Below are positions 48,638 through 59,039 of a stretch of 64,000 nt of DNA, piece by piece. Each line of letters starts with the position of its first letter. The stretch's first letter is position 1. The notes under the pieces are model-generated. The model was given only the letters and a program-made list of their open reading frames with translations. It was not told where the DNA came from and ran no database searches. This stretch comes from Octopus sinensis (Eukaryota): positions 62,558,001 through 62,622,000 of the forward strand of contig NC_043009.1 of assembly GCF_006345805.1 (NCBI RefSeq), read 5' to 3'. A program made the position numbers and the translations under genes.

Positions 48638-49735
48638 TCACAGAAGAGGATCAGCAGTTACAGTGTGCAGGATGTTTGCAACCTTCTCTCCAAAATTCAA
48701 GGTATTAAAGAAGAAAACCTCATCACTTACTCCAAATTGGTAGAAACTAACAACATTAGTGGCCTTGTGCTTCTCTGCTGTGATTTCGATGAACTAAAAT
48801 GTGTCATGTGTATGCGATTCGGAGACTGGCAGTTGTTTCGAGCTATGGTTCAGGAATTACGAGATCAGGAAGTTGCTCAACTTTTGAGCCCTAATTATCG
48901 ATCAAACGCTGCAGAAACTCCTTCTTCAAGCCGGAACAATCATTTTTCACAAATGAAATCCAAACCCAGTGACCCTCATTTGTCACGTAACCAAGATTCA
49001 GATTCCATCTTAGAATGTCCGTTAGAAGAGCAATACGAGCAGGAAACTTCGAGCAGTCTCCTGTCTCCGATCCAACCGAAACGTTTAAATAGTATTTACG
49101 CCCAGATGGACATGGAATGTGGTATGTTAAGGGAAGTAATTGAAGATTTTACAGAGACTGTAATGGATGATAGCAAAAATGAAATGGATGTTTCATCTGA
49201 GGTGTCCATCCATACACAAGATTCAAAGTATCCGTTGGCACACTGTGCTCTTGATATCGATACAGAATTGGATGACTTGAAGACAGACTCTCTGGCTGTG
49301 ACAAGCAGTTTCTACTTAGAAGATACTGATGAATCCCTTGATCAAACGGACTCAGCTCCTCTCTTACAACAAGCCTCAAGTGACGACATTTTTGCTTCCG
49401 TCACATTGATCCCCGCTAGTCGTTCCCTTGGACAGTTAAACACCCATACTTTTGGTGAATCTGGTTTGAAATTACCCCATTCTAAAGAAGTACCATCCGA
49501 TCTTGTGTGTAACCGTCCTGTGGTGATGAAGATAGCTGAGTATACAGACTCTACAGATCCTAATGCTGTCCCTACAATGATATCCATGCAAGACTTGCAA
49601 CCACAGTCCACTTCTGACCAATCTAGTTTTATCCAATTTGTCCAAGATTCTAAATCAAGATCTGTACAAAACACAAACGCAAAAAGACGATCCGGTTCGG
49701 GTGTAATTGATATTGAAGATCACGAAATGCTATAG
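48638..49735 (+). CDS. KIDINS220: KIDINS220 exon 22 (SAM-like domain + acidic tail, stop)
   Basis: (SQ)KRISSYSVQDVCNLLSKIQGIKEENLITYSKLVETNNISGLVLLCCDFDELKCVMCMRFGDWQLFRAMVQELR...IEDHEML*; acceptor at 48637 or 48643, both in frame. Confidence 0.92.
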   Translation, partial: SQKRISSYSVQDVCNLLSKIQGIKEENLITYSKLVETNNISGLVLLCCDFDELKCVMCMRFGDWQLFRAMVQELRDQEVAQLLSPNYRSNAAETPSSSRNNHFSQMKSKPSDPHLSRNQDSDSILECPLEEQYEQETSSSLLSPIQPKRLNSIYAQMDMECGMLREVIEDFTETVMDDSKNEMDVSSEVSIHTQDSKYPLAHCALDIDTELDDLKTDSLAVTSSFYLEDTDESLDQTDSAPLLQQASSDDIFASVTLIPASRSLGQLNTHTFGESGLKLPHSKEVPSDLVCNRPVVMKIAEYTDSTDPNAVPTMISMQDLQPQSTSDQSSFIQFVQDSKSRSVQNTNAKRRSGSGVIDIEDHEML

Positions 49736-49916
49736 ATGTATCTGGTGATATCACACAGTTCAAATAATATTCGCAGTATTTTATAATTCCTGTGGAAATC
49801 TTTAACTGGAGATTGTTGCTAAAGCAACAACAATTAGGAAAAGAACTATCAGAAGTTAATTATTTTCAACTTCTAATTAAAATTGGGAAAGGGTAATGTA
49901 AAACATTGGAAATATA

Positions 49917-49922
49917 AATAAA
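49917..49922 (+). promoter_or_regulatory. Candidate polyadenylation signal
   Basis: AATAAA ~180 nt after the stop, followed by a GU-rich ttgttgttgtcg stretch. Confidence 0.5.
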
Positions 49923-50257
49923 TGATTCCAATTGAATTTAACTACATTTTATTGTTGTTGTCGTTTATTAATTTAACCCTCAGAACTCCAGCGGCCCCTA
50001 TTTCGGTCGCCAGCCACAGCTACAACTACCCTGGCGGTCACCTTATTGGTCAGTATTTTCTTCATTGGAAAACCAGATAGTAACTGCTGGTTCAACTAGC
50101 ACCACAAGTGTCAGTATTGGCAAAAAAAAAAGGGTTCAGTCCCACTGCATGGCACCTTAAGCAAGTGTCTTCTGCTGTAGCCTCAGGCCGACCAAACCCT
50201 TGTGAGTGGATTTGGTAGACAGAAACTGAAAGAAGCCCGTCATACATATGTATGTAT

Positions 50258-50318
<61 letters not shown>

Positions 50319-53222
50319 GAAACTCTGCCAAATCAAGATTGGAGCCTGGTGCAGCCATCTGTTCGCCAGCCCTCAGTCAAAATCATCCAACCCATGCTAG
50401 CATGTAAAGCGGACGTTAAACGATGATGATGATGATATATATGCGTGTGTGTGTGTGTGTTTGTCTGTTTGTCCCCCCCAACATCACTTGACAACCAATC
50501 TTGGTGTGTTTACATCCCCGTAACTTAGCGGTTCGGCAAAAAGAGACTGATAGAATAAGTACTAGGCTTACAAAGAATAAGTCCTGGGGGTCGATTTGCT
50601 CGACTAAAGGCGATGCCCCAGCATGGCCACAGTCAAATGACTGAAACAAGTAAAAGAGTAAGTAGTAAGGACAGTGTTGCCCTCTAGTTAGCATTTTATT
50701 TCAATATTAGAGACAAAAAACACATTTTAGTGACACTGAAACAATATTAGGTGGGAAATCATTTTGGGGGGGGGGGGGCTCTTTTACCCAGGGAACCTGG
50801 GGTGAGAGAACTGAGGACAATGGGTATCTAGGGTTCAAAGGGTTAAAAATGCCGAAACAGCATCCTTCAACTGCTGGGTATTCAGGTAACACTCTTGTGA
50901 AACTCTCCCCTTGATAATAGAAAATTAAAACAATATTTACAGGTGGTGACAAGATTTTCGGACCACCCTGTACGAGGCTTCCAAAAAAAAAGGTGTACTA
51001 AGGTTGATTCATTTGACTAAGAATTCTTCAAAGCAGTGCCCCAGCATGGTCACAGAGGGTGATAGAATAAGTTCTTGGCTTTCAGAAAAAAAAAATGGTA
51101 ATTACTGGAATCGATTCACTTGACTAAAATTCTTCAAGGTGCTGCCCCAGCATGGCCAAAGCCTAATGACTGAAACAAGTAAAAGAGAGAAGATAAAAAA
51201 AAAAATAGATATAGGTGCAGGCGTGGCTGTGTGGTAAGTAACTTGCTTCCCAATCACATGGTTCCAGGTTCAGTCCCACTATGTGGCATCTTAGGCAAGT
51301 GTCTTGTACTATAGCCTTGGGCCAACCAAAGCCTTGTGAGTGGATCTGGTAGACAGAAACTGTAAGAAGGCGGCACGCTGGCAGAAACGTTAGCATGCCA
51401 GGCGAAATGCTTAGCAGTATTTCATCTGCCATTTCGTTCTGAGTTCAAATTCCACTGAGGTTGACTTTGCCTTTCATCCTTTCGGGGTCAATAAATTAAG
51501 TACCAGCTATGCACTGGTGTCAATGTAATTGACTTAATCTCCTTGTCTGTCCTTGTTTGTCCCCTCTATGTTTAGCCTCTTGCGGGCAATAAAGAAATAA
51601 GAAACTGTAAGAAGCCTGTCGTATTATCATCATCATCATCATCGTTTAACGTCTGTTCTCCATGCTAGCATGGGTTGGACAGTTCGACCGGGAATCTGGG
51701 AAGCCAGAAGGCTGCACCAGGCTCCAGTCTGATCTGGCAGTGTTTCTACAGCTGGATGCCCTTCCTAACGCCAACCACTCCGTGAGTGTAGTGGGTGCTT
51801 TTTACGTGCCACTGGCACAGGTGCCAGGCAAGGCTGGCAACGGCCATGATCGGATTGGTGCATTTTACATGCCACCGGCATGGAAGCCAGTCTAGGTGGT
51901 GCTGGCATCGGCCACGTTCGGATGGTGCTTTTTACATGCCACCGGCACAGGGATCACAACTGCAGTTTCCAATGATTTTTGATCTTGGTGTACTTGACTC
52001 AATGGATCTCCTCAGGCACAGGATCGAAACGGCGTTTCTTTACTTGCCACCTGCTAAGCATTTCGCCTGGCATGCTAACGTTTCTGCCAGCGTGCCGCCT
52101 TCTTACAGTTTCTGTCTACCAGATCCACTCACAAGGCTTTGGTTGGCCCAAGGCTATAGTACAAGACACTTGCCTAAGATGCCACATAGTGGGACTGAAC
52201 ATAGTGCACAGGAGTCAGTCCAGCGGCCCTGGCAACTGCCGGGTGCCAGTCATAGGATTAGTTCAATTTCGATTCCGATTTCACTTGCCCCAACAGGTCT
52301 TTGCAAGCAGAGTTTAGTGTCCAATGAAGGTAGGTTGGCATGGGTGGCTGTCATCAGATAAGGTTCGATTTCGATTTCGCTTGCCTCAACAGGTCTTCGT
52401 GTGTCCAAGGGAGGAAAGGCATGCATAAGTGGGCTGGCTGGGATGGACTCACTTATTTCTTTATTGTCCACAGGGGGCTAAACACAGAGGGGACAAACGA
52501 GGACAGGCAAAGGGATTAAGTCGATTGCATTTACCCTGAAAGGATGAAAGGCAAAGTCGACCATGGCAGAATTTGAACTCAGAATATAACTACGGATGAA
52601 ATGCCACTAAGCATTTTGCCCGGTGTGCTTAACGATTCTGTATGAGTGTGTGTGTGTCCCCACCATCACTTGACAACTGATTTACATCCCTGTAACTTAG
52701 CGGTTTGGCAAAAAGGAATTGATAGAATAAGTACTAGGCTTACAGAGAATAAGTCCTGGGATTGATTTATTTGACTAAAGGCGGTGCTCCAGCAAGGCCG
52801 CAGTCAGATGACTGAAGCAAATAAAAGAATACCATAGTTGCTAAGGGTGATAAAGTTCTTTGTTGTGTGACAAATGAGGAACCAGTTGGAATGTAGAAAG
52901 GTGTTTGAGTAGTTTTGTATCAAAACGCCTTTGAAGGATGCAAAGAAAATATATCCAAATGGCTAACAAGGAAACACTCCCTGTCAGAGTATTTAAGTTC
53001 TTGGCAGGGAATTCCAATTTAGAAGGTGTAAGTTTTAGTATTTTACTTATTATTGATCTTCAGTGGCTGTGTGGTAAGTAGCTTGCTTACCACCCACATG
53101 GTTCCAGGTTCGTTCCCACTGCATGGCACCTTGGACAAGTGTCTTCTACGATAGCCTCGGGCTGACCAAAGCCTTGTGAGTGGATTTGGTAGACAGAAAC
53201 TGAAAGAAGCCCATCGTATATA

Positions 53223-53257
<35 letters not shown>

Positions 53258-54809
53258 GTTTGTGTGTCTGTGTTTATCCCTCCAATATCGCTTGACAACC
53301 GATGTTGGTGTGTTAACGTCCCCATGACTTAGCGCTTTGGCAAAAGAGACCGATAGAATAAGTACTGAGCTTCCAAAGAAGGAATTGATAAAATAAGTAC
53401 TAGGCTTCCAAAGAATAAGTCCTGGGGTTGATTTGCTCGACTAAAGGCAATGCTCCAGCATGGCCACAGTCAAATGACTGAAACAAGTAAAAGAGAAAAG
53501 AGAGAATCACTTGGTGATGATGAGTTTATTAACCCTTAAACTAACAGCAAGGGATTGCAAGAATGTCTGTGCCAAATGGTCAAAAAAACAAAAAATACTT
53601 CTTTTCCCTAAGGATAATTTTTTAATACTTATTTTTGCTTTAAATAACTACAAAAACTATAATGATTTTTAGTCTCTCACACTATAAAATTTTCAATCTC
53701 ATTATAATAAAGTGTCATAAAATATTCACTTTCCTTTGTTGATGGCAGTATCCATGTAAAATATTTGAAACCGAGCAAGGTCGTTGCCCATGCCGCTGGA
53801 CTGGCTCCTGTGCAGGTGGCACATAAAAAGCACCCTTTGAGCGTGCCCATTGCCAGTACCGCCTGACTGGGCCTCGTGCCTGTGGCACGTAAAAGCACCC
53901 ACTACACTCTCGGAGTGGTTGGCATTAGGAAGGGCATCCAGCTGTAGAAAGTCTGCCAGATCAAGATTGGAGCCTGGTGCAGCCATCTGGTTCGCCAGTC
54001 CTTAGTCATATCATCCAACCCATGCTAGCAAGGAAAGCGGATGTTAAACGACGATTATGTTGATGATGATGATCAATGTCTGCTCTTCTCTAATGAAATA
54101 TTAATTGATGATATTCACCATTTAAGAGTTAAATAAACATTTGTTAAATATGTGCCTTATTCATTTGAGGTTTTTCATAAGGATATTATCATACAATAGA
54201 CAGAAATACTGTTAAATGAAAATGAATGCTAACAGTTAATATTTGTCTTGATACAACCATTGACATTAATGCTATCAGCTTAGTTACTATTGCACAATAT
54301 GGCAGTGAGCTGGCAGAGGCATTAGCATACTGGACAAAATGCTGCTAAGCATTTTTTTTTCATTTATTTATGCGCCCTTTTCAAGCCTAGCCAGGCTCAT
54401 GGGCCCGGTTTCCCAGTTTCTATGGCATATGTGTCCCCCCCCACCAGTTGGACAGGATACCAGTCCATTGCAGCGTTACTCAAGAAACAAGAAGAAAGAG
54501 TGAGAGAAAGTTGGGGTGAAAGAGTACAACAGGGGTCGCCACCCCCCACCACCCTGAAGGAGCCTCGTGGAGCTTTAGGTATTTTCGCTCAATAAACACA
54601 CACAACGCCCGGTCTGGGAATCGAAACCGCGATCCTCCAACCTCAAGTCCGCTGCCTTAACCACTGGGCCATTGCGCCTCCACTTAGCAGAATTTTGCCC
54701 ATCTTTATATTCTGAGTTCAAATTCCACCAGTCAACTTAGCCTTTTGTCCTTTCAGGGTCAATAAAATAGGTACATCAACTGTACCTTTCCAAACTCCAC
54801 CCGTCTAAC

Positions 54810-55125
54810 ACCTGTGGTCGTATTTACAAAGTCAGAAAACAGCACAGCTCCCATGACTTTAGGAAACATTTTTTCACGCTGAGAGTTGCTGAAGCATGGA
54901 ACAAAGTCGGAGCACTGCATCCTTCAAAACTTCCATGCTTTCTGAGATTCGCCAACACTACACCTGATTTTCTCCCCTCCATACACACACAAGCATGTAT
55001 CTGACTCATACATTGTTCGCTTTCCAGACATTTTTACATTGCTGCATGTACTTTGTGTGCACTTTCTGACAAGTTGTGGTGCACCTGAGCACTGTATACA
55101 ATAATTTCATTATTATTATTATTAT
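54810..55125 (+). mobile_element. CR1-clade LINE 3' end (internal deletion)
   Basis: Homologous to 25755-26056; (ATT)n tail. Confidence 0.75.
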
Positions 55126-55329
55126 ACCTGCTTCCCTCCAAATTTCAGACTTTCAGCCTATAATAGAAAGGATTGATGCACAATACCTTAACAGAGATTT
55201 TATTCATGAGGAGTTGATCAAGTCAGGAGAAGACAAGTGAATGCTTTGTGTAAATGTTTCATCATTCAAAGACAGATATGTGAAAATCGTTTCCATTATT
55301 AAATGCTGGTTCTGTAAAGCAGTTTATAG

Positions 55330-55590
55330 AAGCTGTCGATTATCATTTTGTTATTCATCAGAAAGTATTCTATGCACCAAAGTAATTATCAAAGATGTTA
55401 ATGATGTTATCAAGAGTCATGAAAAAATCAAGTTGATACTTGCCAGGGCTTTGCACAGACAAGAATTTACTTTTAAATACAACTGAATCAGCGTGAAACG
55501 ATTTATTGATGATGTACAATAAATGAGTCATGGTCAAGTAGTTGAAAGATCTGTTGACTGTTTAAGTAAAATCAAGCAATTTTCAAGTTG
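55330..55590 (+). mobile_element. Decayed hAT (Buster/GTF2IRD2-like) transposase fragment
   Basis: H.VIHQ-ESILCTKV..KDV...LILARALH, then DVQ*MSHGQVVER (resembles VRWLSRG.VL.R). Confidence 0.55.
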
Positions 55591-56400
55591 GTATCTACGT
55601 CATTAATATATGCAACAAACAACAGGGGTCCAAGAACAGGTCCCCTTAATACACCAGATGTCATCTCATAATCTCATAGGGTGAAGAATGCTGTCCTACG
55701 ACCATAACTACCTCTTTTCGACTGAGAATGAAGAACTTCACCCAGATATAAAGATCATCTTTTACACCCATTGTATAGAGTTTTTCTGTAAATCGTTTCT
55801 GTGGAGACAGAATTGAAAGTTTTAACAAAGTCAAGATAGGTAAACATCCACCTATGGGCCACCATCAGTGATTCAGGTGATGTCTTCAAGAAACATGACG
55901 AGTGAGCTACAACAGCTGGAATTAGGGATAAATCCCAACTGTGAGGGACAAATATGGCTGTGAGTGGTCCCAGAAGTCCCAGGACTCCATCAGTTTACTG
56001 ATGCGGCTAGTGAGACTGAGTGGACGGTTGTTTACAGGGTATGTGTGATCACCCTTTATGAACAGAGGAATGACACTACAATTTTCCACTGCTCTGGGGT
56101 AACACAGATGTTAAGGTAGAATCGGAAGAAGGATAAAAACTGGTGCAAAAGGAAGAACCTGCTGAGTTTTAGAAACAGATAAATAACATCATTAAGACAA
56201 AGAGAGACATAGTTGCGTTTATTCTTGAGGTGGCATCACTGCAGCATTGCAGGTGTAAATTTCACAGGTGTTATAGAATTTGATGTTAAAAGTGATGAAG
56301 ATAGTATATTTGGATTTTCAACAGTGAAAAATGCCAACAAAGCAACAATAAGTTGTGTGCATTCTTTGGGATCATCCGTAATCCGACCTGTGTAGGGATT
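55585..56400 (-). mobile_element. Decayed CR1-like LINE RT fragment
   Basis: Minus-strand motifs IPLFIKGD...NNRPLSLTS.ISKLMES, QLGFIP, YLDF.K.F.SV, GV..GPVLGPLLFVAYIND, with stops and frameshifts. Confidence 0.75.
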
Positions 56401-57210
56401 GCAAAAAGGGTCAACTGGAGAGTGAGGTCTCTGCTTTGAATGTGTTTGAAAATTTTCAAGTTATATTTTATTAAAACTTTTAATTTTATAGATACATAGA
56501 TAGGTGCAGGAGTGGCAATGTTGTAAGTACCACTTAAAATACTTGATCATGGGTTCAGTCCCACTGCGTAGCACCTTGGGCAAGTATCTTCTACTATAGC
56601 CTTGGGCTGACCAAAGCCTTGTGAGTGGATTTGGTAGACAGAAATTGGAAGAAGCCCATCGTATATATGCATATATATATATGTATGTGTGTGTGTGTGT
56701 AAATCATTGTGTGTCTGTGTTTGTCCCCACCAACATCAATTGACAACCGATGCTGGTGTGTTTGTGTCCCCATAACTTAGCAGTTCGGCAAAAGAGACCG
56801 ATAGAATAAGCACTAGGCTTATAAAAATAAGTCCTGGGGCGATTTGCTCAACAAAAGGTGGCGCTCCAGCATGGCCACAGTCAAATGACTGAAACAAGTA
56901 AAAGAGTAACAATTACACCACACACTCCCATGTCCAACACATATACATGTATCAAGGAAACAATGTTGTGTTTTTCTTTAGTTATGACCAACAAACATAA
57001 ACTTCCAACTTTATTACAAATATTAAGCTCTACAATTTCTAATCATCACTCCTTGTAAACATATGCTTTTAACAGGGTATAAGACATTTTGGCACTGCCT
57101 GTTTGGTATCACTGATTTGACACTGACTTATTTGATATTAGATGATACAGTTCTATATTTAAAAGATGAGGAATTATTTACATTATTTACATTTGATGGA
57201 TATTTGTCCT

Positions 57211-57251
57211 CAACGTTTCGGCTGATATACCCTCCAGCCTTCATCAGGTGT
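57211..57251 (-). ncRNA. Hammerhead-like core, minus strand (3' stem I deleted)
   Basis: ACAC-CTGATGA-A-GGCTG-(10 nt)-CAGCC-GAAACGT-T-G. Confidence 0.6.
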
Positions 57252-57474
57252 CTTGGGGAAATTTCGAACCTTGGTTCTCATTCCTAAGGTATTTTTCGAT
57301 GTTATCATTATTATTATTATTATTATTATTAATTAATTAATTAATTATTATTCAGGTCACTGCCTGGAATCAAACTCGGAATCTTGGGGTTAGTAGCCTG
57401 TGCTCTTAACCATTATGCCATATGTGTCGAAAAATACCTTAGGAATGAGAATTCAGGTTCGAAATTTCCCCAAT

Positions 57475-57518
57475 ACACCTGATGAAGGCTGGAGGGTATA
57501 TCAGCCAAAACGTTGTGT
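57475..57518 (+). ncRNA. Minimal hammerhead-like motif (G12A)
   Basis: ACAC-CTGATGA-A-GGCTG-(10 nt)-CAGCC-aAAACGT-T-GTGT. Confidence 0.6.
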
Positions 57519-58159
57519 TAACAGCAAACAAGATTAGGACAAATATCTGTCAAATGTAAATAATATAAATAATGTTGATATTTGATATTTTAATGTTTCT
57601 CTAGTTCCTATTCTCTCTCTCTTTTGATGCATGTAGCTTATGTAGTTTGCAATGCAATAATAAATGGTAGAAGACTGTTGGTTTCAGATGCCTGTCTCTA
57701 TAGCAGTAGTATTTTCCAGTGTTCCAATGTGGGTTGTTGGGAGTTCCAATGAGTAGTTGTTGGGAGAAGAGACTAAAGTATTTTCTAGCTCTGAAGTGGA
57801 AAGCCTGCCTTTGTGATGCAGTTTTGGCTGTTGAAGATGTATTTGCTAAGAGAGATCATCAGTGATGGTGTGAAGCCTAGCACTTATAGCAACATCATTG
57901 GAGGTTCTAGTTAAATGCATTTTTATCCCAACCCACCCCTTTTTTTGGTACCTCGGAGTGGTTACTACACTCTCGGAGTGGTTACTACACTCTCAGAGTG
58001 GTTGGCGTTAGGAAGGGCATCCAGCTGTAGAAACTCTACCCGATCAAGATTGGAGCCTGGTGCAGCCATCTGGTTCGCCAGCCCTCAGTCAAATCGTCCA
58101 ACCCATGCTAGCATGGAAAGCGGACGTTAAACGATGATGATGATGATGTAGTGATTATA

Positions 58160-58420
58160 TCTTTGTACTGTTAAAAGAAACAAGATCGGCACAACTGCAT
58201 TGGAGAATGGATATGAGATTCCTGTTCATGGAATCCATGCAAATTTGGTGTAATGTGGATTAGTTGCTTGTGGGTGATGCTTGGAAGGTTAACAAAAAGA
58301 AAGAAGAGTGGTGTAATTGGTGAAGCAGTAGGCATTGATGGAGATGATGGCAAAATAGTTCATTGGTGTATAAGGAGAAAACTGAACCTTGAGACACACC
58401 ACAGAATATGGGTCAAAAAG
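58160..58420 (-). mobile_element. Decayed L2/CR1-type RT fragment
   Basis: GVSQGSV-FSLYTNEL...DLVSFNSTK on the minus strand. Confidence 0.55.
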
Positions 58421-59039
58421 AGACACACAAACGCACATATATGATAACAGCTGTCCACTAACGACTGAGAAAGATCATCACTGACCACTAAGAATACTTT
58501 ACACTTGTGGCTCCTCCACTGGTGACTAATGAGTCCAGCTCTTGACAGATGTTCCCATCCACAGCTGCTACAGGTGGAACGCATAGAAGAGGGGGAGCTA
58601 ACCGAAGGCAGAGAAAGAGGATGATTGGTGGAAAATCATTGTGAGAAGGAATGAAAATGAGAAATGTATCATCATCATCATCCTCATCATCATCATCGTT
58701 TAACGTCCGTTCTCCATGTTAACATGGGTTGGATGGTTCGACCGAGGTCTGGGAAGCCAGGAGGCTGCGCCAGGCTCCAGTCTGATCTGGGAGTGTTTCT
58801 ACAGCTGGATGCCTATGTTAACAGGAAATGGTTCAAGGAGGAGAAGGAGGCAACTGGTAATGCAAAGATGGGGTGGAGGGCACATGTCCTGATTTGGCTC
58901 TCAAGTGACTACAAAAGCCAAGTAGTGCTATAGTTAGGAGAGTGATAGAGGGATGGGTGTTAGGAGGAAGAGATGTTGGGGATGCTTACTGGAGCAGGTT
59001 AAGTGCAGAGGCAGGGCCCAGCATGTACAGGCATAAACA

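Larger units (their letters stand above)
10723..49735 (+). other. KIDINS220: Gene model: KIDINS220/ARMS orthologue (ankyrin repeats + KAP NTPase with 4 TM + SAM), 22 coding exons, ~1523 aa
   Basis: All exons are GT-AG bounded with consistent phases and sum to 4572 nt. Motifs match recalled KIDINS220 sequence: [122 protein letters not shown]. Confidence 0.96.
57173..57573 (-). mobile_element. tRNA-headed, hammerhead-tailed element with inverted tail copy
   Basis: Inverted arms 57173-57299 / 57427-57573 enclose a minus-strand tRNA-like head (~57424-57355) and (AAT)n. Confidence 0.7.

Noticed and set aside
56200-56400. Minus-strand open frame with an acceptor-like site, suggesting the last exon of a convergent gene
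   Set aside because: It continues into CR1-type RT motifs at 55585-56200, so it is a LINE remnant.
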